From a virus (taxonomy: Duplodnaviria > Caudoviricetes), in IMG/VR virus record IMGVR_UViG_3300031539_000035, positions 1 through 56,561 of that record: a stretch of 56,561 nt of DNA. The stretch is one strand, 5' to 3'. The first letter of the stretch is position 1. Each line of letters opens with the position of its first letter. The position numbers and the translations under genes were made by a program. Under the pieces are notes generated by a model. It ran no database searches and was not told where the DNA came from. It saw nothing but the letters and a program-made list of their open reading frames with translations. This document shows positions 35,337 through 46,197 of the stretch, one piece after another.

Positions 35337-38317
35337 TGGATAGGCCAACTGGCGGGGTAGAGCGGATTGGGATGGAGGCCTATCTCGGGCTGGCCGACTT
35401 CAACAAGAACCTCTCATCCTACAATAAGAGCATTGAGGCGGCTGTATCCAAAACCGAGAAGGCGGCGCAGGCGAGCGGAAAGGCCAGCGCCGCTATAACA
35501 GGTAGGGGGGGGCTCGGCGGTGCGCTGGGCTCCCTCATTCCTGTGCTCGGCGGCGTCGGCGCTTCGCTGATATCGATAGCGGGTCCGCTACTGGCCGCCG
35601 GTACCGGGCTCTTCGCGCTGGGCAAAACCGTCGTCGAAGTGAAGGAGATGATCGCCGAGGCGCTGCCGATGGAGGGTGTGCAGAAGGCATTTTACGCTAT
35701 GGCGGCGTCGGCTGGCAGCAGTGGCCAAGAGATGCTGGCGGCGTTCCGAGTGGCCAGTGGCGGCATGATTGATGAACTGGCCCTGATGCAGCGATTCAAT
35801 AAGGCGGCGCAGCTGGTAAGCCTTGACTTTGCCGTGAACCTGCCAGAAGCGATCGGGTATCTAGGGAAAGTGAGCGCGGCGACCGGCGAGAGCATGGACT
35901 ATCTCTACAACTCTCTGATCACCGGCGTGGGCAGGCTGAGCAAGCCGATTCTCGACAACCTCATGGTGATGGTCGACTTGGAACTTGCGTACCAGGATTG
36001 GGCCGCCGCCAACGGGAAGGTCGCGGACAGCCTGACTCAGACCGAGAAGCAGGCGGCGGTCATGGCCCAGGTGATGGCCCAGCTGCGGGTAAACACGGCG
36101 GCCTTGGCCAGCCCGACCGAACTGGCCTCCGGCGCGGTGGCCGCGCTGGGCGCCGAATTCGCCAACTTGCGGCGGGACATCGGCTCCGTATTCCTGCCGG
36201 CGGTGCAGGCGGGGGCCACGGCGCTTCGGCAGATAGTCCTGCGAATCCGCGAGGCCATCGACGTTGGCGGCGAGTGGCGCGCGGGACTCGTGGAGCTGGG
36301 TGCCTGGCTCAAGGCCATTGTGGTAACAATCGGAAACTTTGGTATCAGCGTGACGGAGGGCCTTATCGGGCCACTCGGCAAGGGCTTCTCTGGGCTCATG
36401 GTTTTTCTGGGCAAGGTGGCCATGGCGGCGGCGCAGTGGGGCGCGAATATCGTTTCCGCCCTGGCGATGGGCATGGTCTCCGCCATGCGCATCGTCCTCG
36501 TTCCGGTGTTTACCTCGCTTGCCAAGCTAATGGCCTACTGGCTGGCCCCCGGTTCACCTCCGCGATTTGCCCCCGATATCTACGACTGGGGCACGGCGGC
36601 GATGGGCGAGTTCATCCGCGGCATGACCGACGCGGACTTTGGCGCGCTGAATAAGATTCAGAAGCCTCTCCAAGAAGTGCTCGACCTGTTCGCCGCTCAG
36701 GGCAGGATGGAGAAGGGCGAGGTCGGCCCGACCTACGTGTCTATCAGTAAGCGGATCATCGCCGATCTGCAGGGGACCGGCAAGGTCACTGAGGAGACGC
36801 TGGCGGCGCTTCGAGAGACGACCGGTGAATATGCGGAGGATGTGGTAGCGCTGGTGCGGGCCGAGCTGGAGTTGGCGCAAGCGACCGAGGCGGTTGAGCG
36901 CGCCGAGAAGGCTTTGGACGACGCGCGCAAGCGGCGGACGCAGACTCAGGAAGAGTTGGGCGATGCGGTCCGCGAGTACAACCGGTTACTGAGGATGGGG
37001 GCCCCAACCGAGAAGTTGGCCGGTCAACTGGCGGCGATACGGGCGGCCGAGAAGCAGGTGACGCTCGCCAAGCAGCAGGAAGCGGTTGCCGAGGCGAACG
37101 TCGAGACGGAGAGGGATGGACTGGACGCGCTAGAGGAGAGCGTGCAGGTGCGGCGCGCGGCCCTGGACGAGATGCTGGAAATGGCGCGGGCGCTCATTCC
37201 GCCCATCGAAAGCGTGGCTAAGATATTAAAGGAGGCTGCGGAAGCCAAGATAGAGATACCTGAACCCGTGTTGCCGAAGGTGGACTTTGGCGTCATGTTC
37301 GCGGGACTTAGCGGCGAAATCAATGAGCGCTCCCGCACTATCGAGTTTGAGCTGTGGAAGACCGTTCAGCGGATCACCGGATTCGGCGGGCCGCTCGATC
37401 ATCTCAAGGCGCAGATAGAACTCATGCGCCTGACCTGGCAATACCAGATGATGAAGGCAGGCGCCAGCACGGACGCCTTGGGCAAAAAGCTCGATGACTT
37501 GCGAGAGAAGTGGGATACCCTAGCCAAGGCGCTTACACTTGGGGTGCTCCCAAATCTGGCCGATGTTGGGAAGGTGATCGCGTTCCTCGCGGATATCCAG
37601 ATCGAGCAGTTGAACAAGAAGCTGATTGCAGCGGCTCAGATGGCCGATGTCGCGCGGTGGGCCTACGACCGACTGGCAGCCGCGTTTAATGCGGAAAAGG
37701 GGCCGATTAAGATGGTAGAGGCCCTGATCGGCAGGGTGGACGGCCTGAAGGCATCGCTGGAGGGGATTGTCAGTCCCGCGTTCCGGGAAGTCGTGCGGCG
37801 CGGTATCGAGATGCTGTTCGATCCCTTGGGCGCCATAATGACCTGGGCAAGCGACCTGATTGGGATGTTGTTGAAGGTGCTTGAAGTATACAACGAGTTC
37901 ACCGGCCTGAATATCCAAGTGCCCGCACTGGAGGGCTTGAGGGAGTGGTTGGGTAGGACAAAAAAGCCTCCCGTGTCCGAAGAGGAGAAGGAAGAAACGG
38001 CTCCTCGCACTGGCGGGAGTCGCATTGCGACAGGCACGAAAGACTTTATTGGCGGCCTAGCTCTCGTGGGCGAGCGCGGGCCGGAGCTGGTAGTATTGCC
38101 CAAGGGGAGTACCGTGTTCACCGCCTCGGAGACGGCGCGGATGCTGCGCCAGGACTATGCGCATCCGGACCGCTCATTGGCAGACTACGCCAGTATGCAG
38201 GCCCAGCCAAGCAAAATGGTAAACCTGACCTTCGGGGACGTGCGGATAGCGAACGACATGGACTGGATCACGTTCAAGGCCGGCGTGCATAAGGCCGTCC
38301 TGGAGGGCATAGCATGA
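35336..38317 (+). CDS. tape measure protein
   Basis: 993 aa Ala/Gly-rich helical; GVGRLSKPILDNL; C-terminal ATG..GGLALVGERGPELV. Confidence 0.92.
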   Translation: MDRPTGGVERIGMEAYLGLADFNKNLSSYNKSIEAAVSKTEKAAQASGKASAAITGRGGLGGALGSLIPVLGGVGASLISIAGPLLAAGTGLFALGKTVVEVKEMIAEALPMEGVQKAFYAMAASAGSSGQEMLAAFRVASGGMIDELALMQRFNKAAQLVSLDFAVNLPEAIGYLGKVSAATGESMDYLYNSLITGVGRLSKPILDNLMVMVDLELAYQDWAAANGKVADSLTQTEKQAAVMAQVMAQLRVNTAALASPTELASGAVAALGAEFANLRRDIGSVFLPAVQAGATALRQIVLRIREAIDVGGEWRAGLVELGAWLKAIVVTIGNFGISVTEGLIGPLGKGFSGLMVFLGKVAMAAAQWGANIVSALAMGMVSAMRIVLVPVFTSLAKLMAYWLAPGSPPRFAPDIYDWGTAAMGEFIRGMTDADFGALNKIQKPLQEVLDLFAAQGRMEKGEVGPTYVSISKRIIADLQGTGKVTEETLAALRETTGEYAEDVVALVRAELELAQATEAVERAEKALDDARKRRTQTQEELGDAVREYNRLLRMGAPTEKLAGQLAAIRAAEKQVTLAKQQEAVAEANVETERDGLDALEESVQVRRAALDEMLEMARALIPPIESVAKILKEAAEAKIEIPEPVLPKVDFGVMFAGLSGEINERSRTIEFELWKTVQRITGFGGPLDHLKAQIELMRLTWQYQMMKAGASTDALGKKLDDLREKWDTLAKALTLGVLPNLADVGKVIAFLADIQIEQLNKKLIAAAQMADVARWAYDRLAAAFNAEKGPIKMVEALIGRVDGLKASLEGIVSPAFREVVRRGIEMLFDPLGAIMTWASDLIGMLLKVLEVYNEFTGLNIQVPALEGLREWLGRTKKPPVSEEEKEETAPRTGGSRIATGTKDFIGGLALVGERGPELVVLPKGSTVFTASETARMLRQDYAHPDRSLADYASMQAQPSKMVNLTFGDVRIANDMDWITFKAGVHKAVLEGIA

Positions 38318-40374
38318 GCCGAGCCATCCTGAGAATCACAGACGGCACGAACAGCGTCGATCTGCTGAGCGGCGAGGTCGGTTTCGTCGTCTCGCGCTGG
38401 CGACCGGTACAGGCCGCGTTCAAGGGCGATGGCGTGTGGAAAGACAACCCCATGGCGGACGGTCGCCGGCTGGCCATGGTGCGGCACGACAACATCATTG
38501 ACACCTGGGACGTGCACCTTACCGACCGGAACATGGATGGCGTGATCGAGCAGGCGCAGAACCTCGACCGCCTGCTGATGCGCGCGGTAGCCTACTGGAC
38601 AACCGCCTGGCAGCCGTTGCCGGTCTACATCGTGGCGCGCGGGGCGGAGGAGACCAACACCAGGTACGCGCTCATTCACTCGTACCGGTGGACGGAGCTG
38701 GGGGACCCGACCAATCAGCCGTTCGCCACGGCGTTCGGGATGCGGGCGATGAGCGACCTGACCATCGCCGTGGAGCACGGGCCGTGGCTGGAGAGCGCGC
38801 CTGGCACCGGCGTGGCCGTGGAGGTGGGGAACGAGTACGAGATAGGGGCGCAGGCGTATCAGCGGGCGCCGACTACGGCGGACGAGGTGTACGTCGCCAA
38901 TTTCAACGCTATTGATAACCTGACGCATATCTGGGTCTACGATGCCCTGGACGGCACCTACACGAACCAGCTGGGTGTCGCGCCGCCATACAACCTGCTG
39001 CCGGATCCCGCCGAGGATGGGGACATGCTCTACTTGGGTATTGCTGGTGCAACCAGCAATCCCTTTTGCAGTGTGATCTTTGACCTGAGCCAAGAGTGGG
39101 CCATGACTGGCACCACGAGCGCTCAGTGGCAATACTATGACAATGCGGCGGCGGCATGGGTCGCTTTCGACGCGGCTAACCGATTGGACCACAAGGACCA
39201 CACGGTCACACTCACGGAGTTGGGCGTGAACGGCGTGCATTGGGAGGCGAACATCGTTCTCGCCTACATGCAGGAAGTCGCGGTAAATCTGGTGACTGGC
39301 TTCTGGATCCGGTTGGTGGTCACGACAGACGAACCACAGGTGCAAGTGCCTTATCAGCAGCATAGGGACGTGTATTCTGCGCGCAAGGCCTACGTGGAGA
39401 TCACGGACGACCAGGCTACTGGTGACATGGCGGCGCTCGCCCAGGTATACGCGCGTGAGTTGGTATATGAGACGGCTGGGGCGATCACCGGGACGTATGT
39501 GAACCGTATGCTCATCGGATTGCGGAGCACGATTCGCGGCGAGGACTTTAGCGCGTATCTGAATTGCGCGCAGACCAATAACCCGACCGGTTGCACGGTA
39601 GGGGCTGAGGACGATAGCGCCTTCGTTGCAATGCTGGACAGCCCGGTGCATGAGGCGGTGCGTTGGCAGGGTGCTATCGACCTGGACTATGAGACGCGGG
39701 TATCGTTCGCGCTCGATGCGGCTTTGGCCGCGCAGTACCTTGGCGTGTTCCGTGCGTTCGTTCGCATCATTCCGCTCAATGCCGCCGGAGTGAGTTTCCG
39801 ATTGCTGGTGCAGTCTGGCTCTGGCGCGGTAACGAGCACGATAGGGGTTTATGGTGCCTCCTATGCCGGGGCGAATTGGGGCGTGATCGACTTCGGCAAG
39901 GTCAAGATCCCGACGACGGACGTGCTTGGTGGCACGGCCGGGTTGGACGCCCTGACCATCTCTATCCAAACGTATGAGGTCGCGGGCGCGGCGGATATCT
40001 ATTTCTACGACTTGATCTTGTTGCCGTCTGACGAGTGGGCGGGCGACTTTTCCAACCAAAGTCCTCCGGCTGGCGTGAACACCGGCACGCTGAAGGACAA
40101 TATGTGGCTGTTGACGGATAGCGTTGGGAGTCCGCGCAACGATCTACGGGCGCTGCTGCTGAATACTGTGGACTCCAGCGTGCGGGGCGTGTGGCAGAAC
40201 GTGTCGCCCAGCCCGTGCGTGCTGGAGGTTGGATTGGACCAACGGCTATGGTTCTTCAGTATGCAGGTCAGCGTGGCGAACGGCGCGGTGGTCGATCTAG
40301 GTCGTTGGGAAATCCCGTTGCGGGTGCAGGTGCGGCGGCAGGCGCGGTATATGGGCATGAGAGGTGGTAGGTAG
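38314..40374 (+). CDS. distal tail / baseplate protein
   Basis: Immediately after TMP; 686 aa beta-rich. Confidence 0.65.
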   Translation: MSRAILRITDGTNSVDLLSGEVGFVVSRWRPVQAAFKGDGVWKDNPMADGRRLAMVRHDNIIDTWDVHLTDRNMDGVIEQAQNLDRLLMRAVAYWTTAWQPLPVYIVARGAEETNTRYALIHSYRWTELGDPTNQPFATAFGMRAMSDLTIAVEHGPWLESAPGTGVAVEVGNEYEIGAQAYQRAPTTADEVYVANFNAIDNLTHIWVYDALDGTYTNQLGVAPPYNLLPDPAEDGDMLYLGIAGATSNPFCSVIFDLSQEWAMTGTTSAQWQYYDNAAAAWVAFDAANRLDHKDHTVTLTELGVNGVHWEANIVLAYMQEVAVNLVTGFWIRLVVTTDEPQVQVPYQQHRDVYSARKAYVEITDDQATGDMAALAQVYARELVYETAGAITGTYVNRMLIGLRSTIRGEDFSAYLNCAQTNNPTGCTVGAEDDSAFVAMLDSPVHEAVRWQGAIDLDYETRVSFALDAALAAQYLGVFRAFVRIIPLNAAGVSFRLLVQSGSGAVTSTIGVYGASYAGANWGVIDFGKVKIPTTDVLGGTAGLDALTISIQTYEVAGAADIYFYDLILLPSDEWAGDFSNQSPPAGVNTGTLKDNMWLLTDSVGSPRNDLRALLLNTVDSSVRGVWQNVSPSPCVLEVGLDQRLWFFSMQVSVANGAVVDLGRWEIPLRVQVRRQARYMGMRGGR

Positions 40375-40375
40375 G

Positions 40376-41581
40376 ATGGCCTGGCCACTGCGAACATGGG
40401 CGGCGACAACGGCATTGGGCGTGTACTACACAATGGACTCGCTCGACCCTGCGGCGGCGCAACCGACCTGGGTGGCGGTGAATGATGGTCTGAGCAATAC
40501 GGACATCCGTTCTTTTTGCCTGGACCGGCATGAGACCGTGCCCGATAGCCGCATGTTCTGCATTGACAACACGACGAAGACGGTCTGGCGACGGACTGGC
40601 GGGAACTGGTCTAGCGTGTTGACGAGTGCCGACGCGAGGGCCATTGCCGGATTCACTCACGGCGAAACGCTGACTTCGGTGATCGTTGATGACGTGACCG
40701 GTTACGTGTACGCCCTGCTCAATAATGCTGCCGCGAGCGGTTCTGCGGACAAGGGGGTTATGCGGTCGGTCGATAACGGGACTACCTGGACGGCGGTAAC
40801 ACAGGGCGCTTACGAGAACTCCTACTACTACAGCAACATCGATGCCTACAACGGTTTGGTGGTCTACTCGAAGCAATATGGCGCTGTTTCTGCGCGCGAA
40901 TGGTACTCCACAGATCATGGGGCGACGTGGAGCGTTGTCAACATGCTCGGCATGACGAGCGCTCCAAAGTGCACTCGGATTCACCATGCGGCCGGGGATA
41001 CCTGGTACGGATCGTGGTTCGCCGTTGGCGCGGCATACGATCTGTTGCGCGGAAACACGGGCGGCGTGATTTCTCAAATGATGGCCACACAGGTGAACGG
41101 TCCTCAGGTTACTGCGGGAGGCATATGGCCTGACCCGGTTGACGCCAATCACCTATTGATAGCAGCGCGTCAAATCACCGTACACATTATCGAGTCCGTG
41201 GACGCCGGTGTTTCCGCCAGTAGCGATACAATCGTATCTGTCCAGTACATGTACGAAATCGCGGACGGCTGCGAGTACGACTACTGGGTACAAGGATGCG
41301 TCAGCCCTTATGCGATCGGGGCTCGGGCGATAGTATACGCGTCTCCAGATGCCGTAACTCTAACGAACAAGTCCGGCTCGAACTGGAATACGCCGCCCTA
41401 TACCGATGCGATTCCGGTAACGTGCGGCGGGGTTACGCAGCGCGGGCTCTGGGTGGTGCCAGAGGGTCCGCCCGTGCCTCCTGTTCCTACGGTACCGCCC
41501 GTTCCGCCTTTCCGCCCGCACTCGGGCCAGCACGGCATCAGTATGAGCGTCTTCAAGCCGCGGATCACCATAGCGCCATGA
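40376..41581 (+). CDS. tail protein with Asp-box beta-propeller
   Basis: RSVDNGTTW, STDHGATW; Pro-rich linker. Confidence 0.65.
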   Translation: MAWPLRTWAATTALGVYYTMDSLDPAAAQPTWVAVNDGLSNTDIRSFCLDRHETVPDSRMFCIDNTTKTVWRRTGGNWSSVLTSADARAIAGFTHGETLTSVIVDDVTGYVYALLNNAAASGSADKGVMRSVDNGTTWTAVTQGAYENSYYYSNIDAYNGLVVYSKQYGAVSAREWYSTDHGATWSVVNMLGMTSAPKCTRIHHAAGDTWYGSWFAVGAAYDLLRGNTGGVISQMMATQVNGPQVTAGGIWPDPVDANHLLIAARQITVHIIESVDAGVSASSDTIVSVQYMYEIADGCEYDYWVQGCVSPYAIGARAIVYASPDAVTLTNKSGSNWNTPPYTDAIPVTCGGVTQRGLWVVPEGPPVPPVPTVPPVPPFRPHSGQHGISMSVFKPRITIAP

Positions 41582-41590
41582 GGATATAGT

Positions 41591-42742
41591 ATGGCAGTGA
41601 TATGGGATCCGCGCGGAACGATGCTCGGCAGTCTCACGGCGGAGATCACCTCGTGTACGTTCTCTACGCGGGCCATCGGCGGATATTGGGAGGCGACGCT
41701 CACATTGGACCTGGGCCGGGAAGGTTTCGAGGAGTGGATTGCCGACGGTTTGGGCAGGCATATCGAAATCTACGGCGACGCGATGCAGAAGGTGTGGGAG
41801 GGCTGGGTCAACCGCATTGACGGCAGCGCTGGGGCGCTCAGCGTGACGCGCGGTCCCCTCCTGGACGTGGCCAATCGGGTGGCCGTCGTCTATCGCGCCA
41901 AGGATACGAGTACCACGCCGCCGACATTGGGTGGCCAAGAGATCACGACGATTGTAGAGAATGCCGCCAGCCAACTGGCTTTCGGGATTTTCGAGCAGAT
42001 CATCTCGGGCGGTGAACTGGATAATACCGCGCCAGCACCATTGGAGGCCGATCAGGTGCGGGATACCTACCTGGCCGAGAACGCCTGGCCGCGGACTGGT
42101 AAGGCGTGGAATGCTGGCAACCTTGGCGGGGGCGGGCCAAGCGTAACGCTCTATTGCCTCGGCTACGTGCACCTCCTGGCCGCCTACACCTACGAGGACG
42201 TGGCTGGTAGCGGCACTGTGGCAACGGAGACGAAGTTGGCCAGCGTGTTGGATGCGGACCCGAACGGCCTCTTTGCCAGCACGAACGCGGACTTGGACGC
42301 CTGTGGTGTTCCCATCGCTGAATACGAAGGCGAGGGACGCACCGGCTGGGATGTGCTGCAGGATATCATTGAGATGGGCGGGCCGACAAACGGGCGCTGG
42401 CTGCTGATGGTCGGCAACGACCGGCGGGTAACGTATGAGGCAGCTCCAGAGACTGTAGAGTACCTACAATCTGTGTACGATGCAGATATGCAGGTCACGA
42501 CGGTAACGGGCGACGTGGTGGAGCCGTGGGACGTGAAGCCAGGAAAATGGCTGCTTTTCAGCGATTTTCTGACCGGCCTACCGCCGCCCGACTATGCCAG
42601 CCTGGAGCAGGACATGCGCACGATGTTCATAGAAGAGATAGTCTACAACATGCCGCGCAGTGTGAGCCTTCGGGGCAACCCGTACGATACGGTGAAGGCG
42701 CGGCTGGCACAGTTGACGATGACGGGAAGGATCGCTCCCTGA
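41591..42742 (+). CDS. tail/baseplate hub protein
   Basis: GGYWEA, KVWEGWVNRI, EPWDVKPG; position. Confidence 0.6.
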   Translation: MAVIWDPRGTMLGSLTAEITSCTFSTRAIGGYWEATLTLDLGREGFEEWIADGLGRHIEIYGDAMQKVWEGWVNRIDGSAGALSVTRGPLLDVANRVAVVYRAKDTSTTPPTLGGQEITTIVENAASQLAFGIFEQIISGGELDNTAPAPLEADQVRDTYLAENAWPRTGKAWNAGNLGGGGPSVTLYCLGYVHLLAAYTYEDVAGSGTVATETKLASVLDADPNGLFASTNADLDACGVPIAEYEGEGRTGWDVLQDIIEMGGPTNGRWLLMVGNDRRVTYEAAPETVEYLQSVYDADMQVTTVTGDVVEPWDVKPGKWLLFSDFLTGLPPPDYASLEQDMRTMFIEEIVYNMPRSVSLRGNPYDTVKARLAQLTMTGRIAP

Positions 42743-44070
42743 TGCCGATAAACAAGCAAGTCTACGACCTGGTGGGACTCCTGTCGCCGTACTTTGCGCG
42801 CACTGGCGGGGCGGGTACGGGCGGAGGGGCGGGCCTGGACTGGGCTCCCGCGACGACAACGGCTGGCGTGGACAAGGACGGCGCGGAGGACAACGGCGGC
42901 GCCGGTTGGACGCGCATGGCGGGGCACACCTATCTCTGGGCGCCGCTCAAGATCACCGAGATACTCTGGGATATTTCCGTGGCTGGCACCTATGCGATGT
43001 ACATCTCTTCCGGGCCGAGCGCCGTGGTACAGAGGACCGTGGTGGCGGCTCAGGTCGTGGCGGCGCCGGGCACGGAAGTGAGCTTCGTGCCGGATGCCGG
43101 GGTCCTCTGCCTGGACGCCGGGGAGTACTGGCTAACGGTAGAGATAAGTGCAGGGACCTGCGCCTGGGACGTGTTCCACGGCGATGCTGAGAATGTGCTC
43201 TACTATGCCTTTGACAGCTACATGGATGCCGTGGTCAAGCCTGACTGGGTGGCCCCGTTCAAGATGGTGGCACATATCGGGACCTGGCTTGGGACCGTGG
43301 CTCCGGGGACTACGCTGGCGCACGGCGATCTGACAGGGGTGCTGCCGGATCAGCATCATGCGAGAGGGCATACGCTAGATTCCGAGACGGATCATACGGA
43401 CGTCGAGAACGCAGCCAAGGCCGATGGGCGGCTACTTGTCTGGCGAGATATTCCTGCAAAGCACGGGTACGAGGACTTGATTCCAGGGCCACAGGGCGAC
43501 CAGGGGGATCCCGGTCCGCAAGGGGATCAAGGCGCTGTCGGGGCGCAAGGTGATCAGGGCGATCAGGGAGCGGCTGGAGCCCAAGGCAACCAAGGCAACC
43601 AGGGCGATCAAGGAGATCAGGGCGACCAAGGCGGAACCGGAGGATATACTGAGGGCGCGCGAGTCTATAACAATGCAGACATCAGCATTGCCAAAGACAC
43701 AGAGACAAAACTAACTTTCAACTCCGAGAACTATGACACTGATACGATACACGACACTGGCGCAAATACTAGCCGCCTAACGTGTAAAACCGCGGGCAAG
43801 TACCTAATTACCGCATACGTAGAATATGCGGCCAGCAGTACCGGGGTACGCTACATGTGGCTACTGCTAGACAACACAACGATTATTGCCTTTGACCGCG
43901 AGCCTCAGCCCTTTACTTATTATTATGCGGGACTCCGCATAACGACTATTTACGACCTAGCGGTAAATCAGTACGTAGAGCTCGGTACCTATCAGAACAG
44001 TGGTGGTGCCCTGGCAGTCAAGTACGCCAGCGCCTTCACCCCATGGTTTATGATGCAGCGTATCGGGTAG
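42742..44070 (+). CDS. tail fibre / receptor-binding protein with collagen-like repeat and C1q-like C-terminus
   Basis: (G-x-Q)n collagen stretch at ~43486-43640; HGDLTG..DQH fibre motif; FNSENYDTD..RLTCKTAGKYLI. Confidence 0.8.
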   Translation: MPINKQVYDLVGLLSPYFARTGGAGTGGGAGLDWAPATTTAGVDKDGAEDNGGAGWTRMAGHTYLWAPLKITEILWDISVAGTYAMYISSGPSAVVQRTVVAAQVVAAPGTEVSFVPDAGVLCLDAGEYWLTVEISAGTCAWDVFHGDAENVLYYAFDSYMDAVVKPDWVAPFKMVAHIGTWLGTVAPGTTLAHGDLTGVLPDQHHARGHTLDSETDHTDVENAAKADGRLLVWRDIPAKHGYEDLIPGPQGDQGDPGPQGDQGAVGAQGDQGDQGAAGAQGNQGNQGDQGDQGDQGGTGGYTEGARVYNNADISIAKDTETKLTFNSENYDTDTIHDTGANTSRLTCKTAGKYLITAYVEYAASSTGVRYMWLLLDNTTIIAFDREPQPFTYYYAGLRITTIYDLAVNQYVELGTYQNSGGALAVKYASAFTPWFMMQRIG

Positions 44071-44081
44071 GAGGAATTGCG

Positions 44082-44495
44082 GTGCAACTGACCTACGCAG
44101 GCACGTACAAACTGGGCTTGCTAATGGACGAACTTCTTGCCGCCTATCCCGAGTGGCTGGTCGGGGATGCACCAACGCGCCATTGCCTATTGCGCCTAGA
44201 GGGCAACGAGCTCGGTGTCCGACTCTCCGTCCCAGACGATAGTGACGCCGGCGCGATTGCGGCGGTTGTGGCAGCACACGACCCGACTGTACTCACTGCT
44301 GGCGAGGTGCTTGACGCCGAGTCGGCCGACGCCAAGGCGCGCATCCTTGGAGCCATCGACGCGGCACTGACCGACTATGCGGCGGCACTGGAGCGATGGG
44401 ATGTGCTCACGGCGGTGCAGCAGAAGGCGGTACTGAGGCGGCTGGTAGAGACGCAGGCGCAACTCCTGCGCTATCACCGAAGGGAGTGGCTGTGA
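44082..44495 (+). CDS. hypothetical protein (fibre-associated)
   Basis: AGGAGG SD; VVAAHDP motif. Confidence 0.6.
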   Translation: MQLTYAGTYKLGLLMDELLAAYPEWLVGDAPTRHCLLRLEGNELGVRLSVPDDSDAGAIAAVVAAHDPTVLTAGEVLDAESADAKARILGAIDAALTDYAAALERWDVLTAVQQKAVLRRLVETQAQLLRYHRREWL

Positions 44496-45763
44496 CCGTT
44501 TCCGTTATCACGCCGACTCACAGGGGCATGCCCATCTTGCAGGATGCCTACGATAGTCTGCTGGCACAGACCTACGGCGAGTGGGAGTGGGTGCTGGCTC
44601 CCAACAATGGGGCGCAGATATCCGAGATGATCGCCAACGATCCTCGCGTGCGTCTCTACCCATACGAGAACCCGGCGGGCGAGTCGTTTTCGATTGGGGC
44701 GCTGAAGCACTTCTGCTGCGATCACGCGACTGGCGATGTCTACCTGGAGCTGGACGACGACGACGTTCTGGGTCCCGACTGTTTGCAAGAAGTGGCAGAT
44801 GCGTTCGCCGACCCCATGGTGCAGATGGCCTACGGCAACTGCTGCGAGTACAAGTGGCCGAGTCTAGAGCCGATTGTCTTTAGCCCGTACTGGGGCTGGC
44901 ACCATCGGGACTGCGTTTTTATGGGCCAGCCGATGAAAGAAGCACGGGCCTGGCCACCGGGGCCGTGGGGTCTGCGCCAGATCTGGTGGAGCCCAAATCA
45001 TCCTCGCGCCTGGCGGGCCACAGCCTACCATGCGATTGGTGGGCACGACAGGGTGCTGGCGCTGGTGGACGATCACGACCTGAACATCCGCATGTACCTG
45101 GCCTACGGGCAGCAGGGGATGCGGCACATGGACAAGCCGATCTACGGCTATCGCGTGCTGGCGGACTCTACCTGCAAGGAGTACAGCAAGCAGATTCAGG
45201 CGTCCAACCGCGAGTGCTATCACAAGTACGTGGAAAAGCTGTTCATGCGCTGGGCGCGGGATAATGGACTGCGGATGCTGAATCTCGGTGGGGCGCTTGG
45301 GCCGCGGAACGGGTACGAGACGGTGGACATCCGACCAGGCGCGAACGTCGTCTGCAACCTGGAACAGGACTGGCCGTTTGCGGACTCTTCCGTCGGCGTC
45401 GTCTACGCCTCACACGTGTTCGAGCACCTGCGCGATTCGATTCACACGATGAACGAGTTATTCCGCGTGCTGGCACCTGGAGGCATGGCGTTCATCGACG
45501 TGCCGAGTACCGACGGGCGAGGGGCCTTCCAGGACCCGACGCACGTGTCCTGGTGGAACCAGAATTCCTTCCTATACTACACGAGGACGGCCCAGGCGCG
45601 CTACATTCAGCCGCAGTTTCGAGGGCGCTTCCAGCAATCATACCTGCACACAGGCTTCCCCAACGAATGGCTCCGCACCAACGATATCCCTGTGGTGAAC
45701 GCGCATCTTATCGCGCTCAAGCCGGGTTACGAGGAATGGCGGGCCGGCGAGGCGTTGATCTAG
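44492..45763 (+). CDS. GT2 glycosyltransferase fused to a class I SAM methyltransferase
   Basis: VSVITPTH, SLLAQTY..WEWV, LELDDDD, DDHDL; then LNLGG, SHVFEHL, ELFRVLAPGG, QDPTH. Confidence 0.88.
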   Translation: MTVSVITPTHRGMPILQDAYDSLLAQTYGEWEWVLAPNNGAQISEMIANDPRVRLYPYENPAGESFSIGALKHFCCDHATGDVYLELDDDDVLGPDCLQEVADAFADPMVQMAYGNCCEYKWPSLEPIVFSPYWGWHHRDCVFMGQPMKEARAWPPGPWGLRQIWWSPNHPRAWRATAYHAIGGHDRVLALVDDHDLNIRMYLAYGQQGMRHMDKPIYGYRVLADSTCKEYSKQIQASNRECYHKYVEKLFMRWARDNGLRMLNLGGALGPRNGYETVDIRPGANVVCNLEQDWPFADSSVGVVYASHVFEHLRDSIHTMNELFRVLAPGGMAFIDVPSTDGRGAFQDPTHVSWWNQNSFLYYTRTAQARYIQPQFRGRFQQSYLHTGFPNEWLRTNDIPVVNAHLIALKPGYEEWRAGEALI

Positions 45764-45771
45764 GAGGGTAG

Positions 45772-46197
45772 ATGCTACAGCATCCGTGTCCAGGGGCGAG
45801 GCGCACCAACCCGTTCGGCTCGCGGACGGTGGACTATAGCGCGTTCGGGTTGACCGCTCACAATGGCGAAGATTTTGCTGGCTGCGATGCTGCGCGCGCC
45901 ATGGCCACTGGCGTCGTCGAGCGCGTTGGCAACGATCCGGCCGGCTACGGGATATACGTCACTCTGCGCCACGATTGGCAGGGCGGACAGCACTACCGCA
46001 CGCGCTACGCGCACCTGGCGCGGGCTTACGTGCGCGAGGGCGATATCCTGCAACAGGGCGACGCGCTCGGACAGGTGGGGGCCACTGGCAACACGACAGG
46101 TCCGCACCTGCACGCCGAGTTCGAGCCGGGGTTGGTGACTGCGGACGGGTTGAAGGGACGGCGGGCGTTCTGGCACATGCTGGAGGGGGGCGCATGA
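45772..46197 (+). CDS. M23 family peptidase (endolysin)
   Basis: HNGED (HxxxD), GYG.YV, YAHL, GATGNTTGPHLH. Confidence 0.9.
   Translation: MLQHPCPGARRTNPFGSRTVDYSAFGLTAHNGEDFAGCDAARAMATGVVERVGNDPAGYGIYVTLRHDWQGGQHYRTRYAHLARAYVREGDILQQGDALGQVGATGNTTGPHLHAEFEPGLVTADGLKGRRAFWHMLEGGA

Noticed and set aside
38185-40059. 624-aa minus-strand ORF (also 24453-25631, 27484-28665 and similar)
   Set aside because: Antisense shadows of GC-rich structural genes: no motifs, SD or promoter, unlike the intein antisense ORF
43640-44070. Diversity-generating retroelement target
   Set aside because: No reverse transcriptase or template repeat in the window
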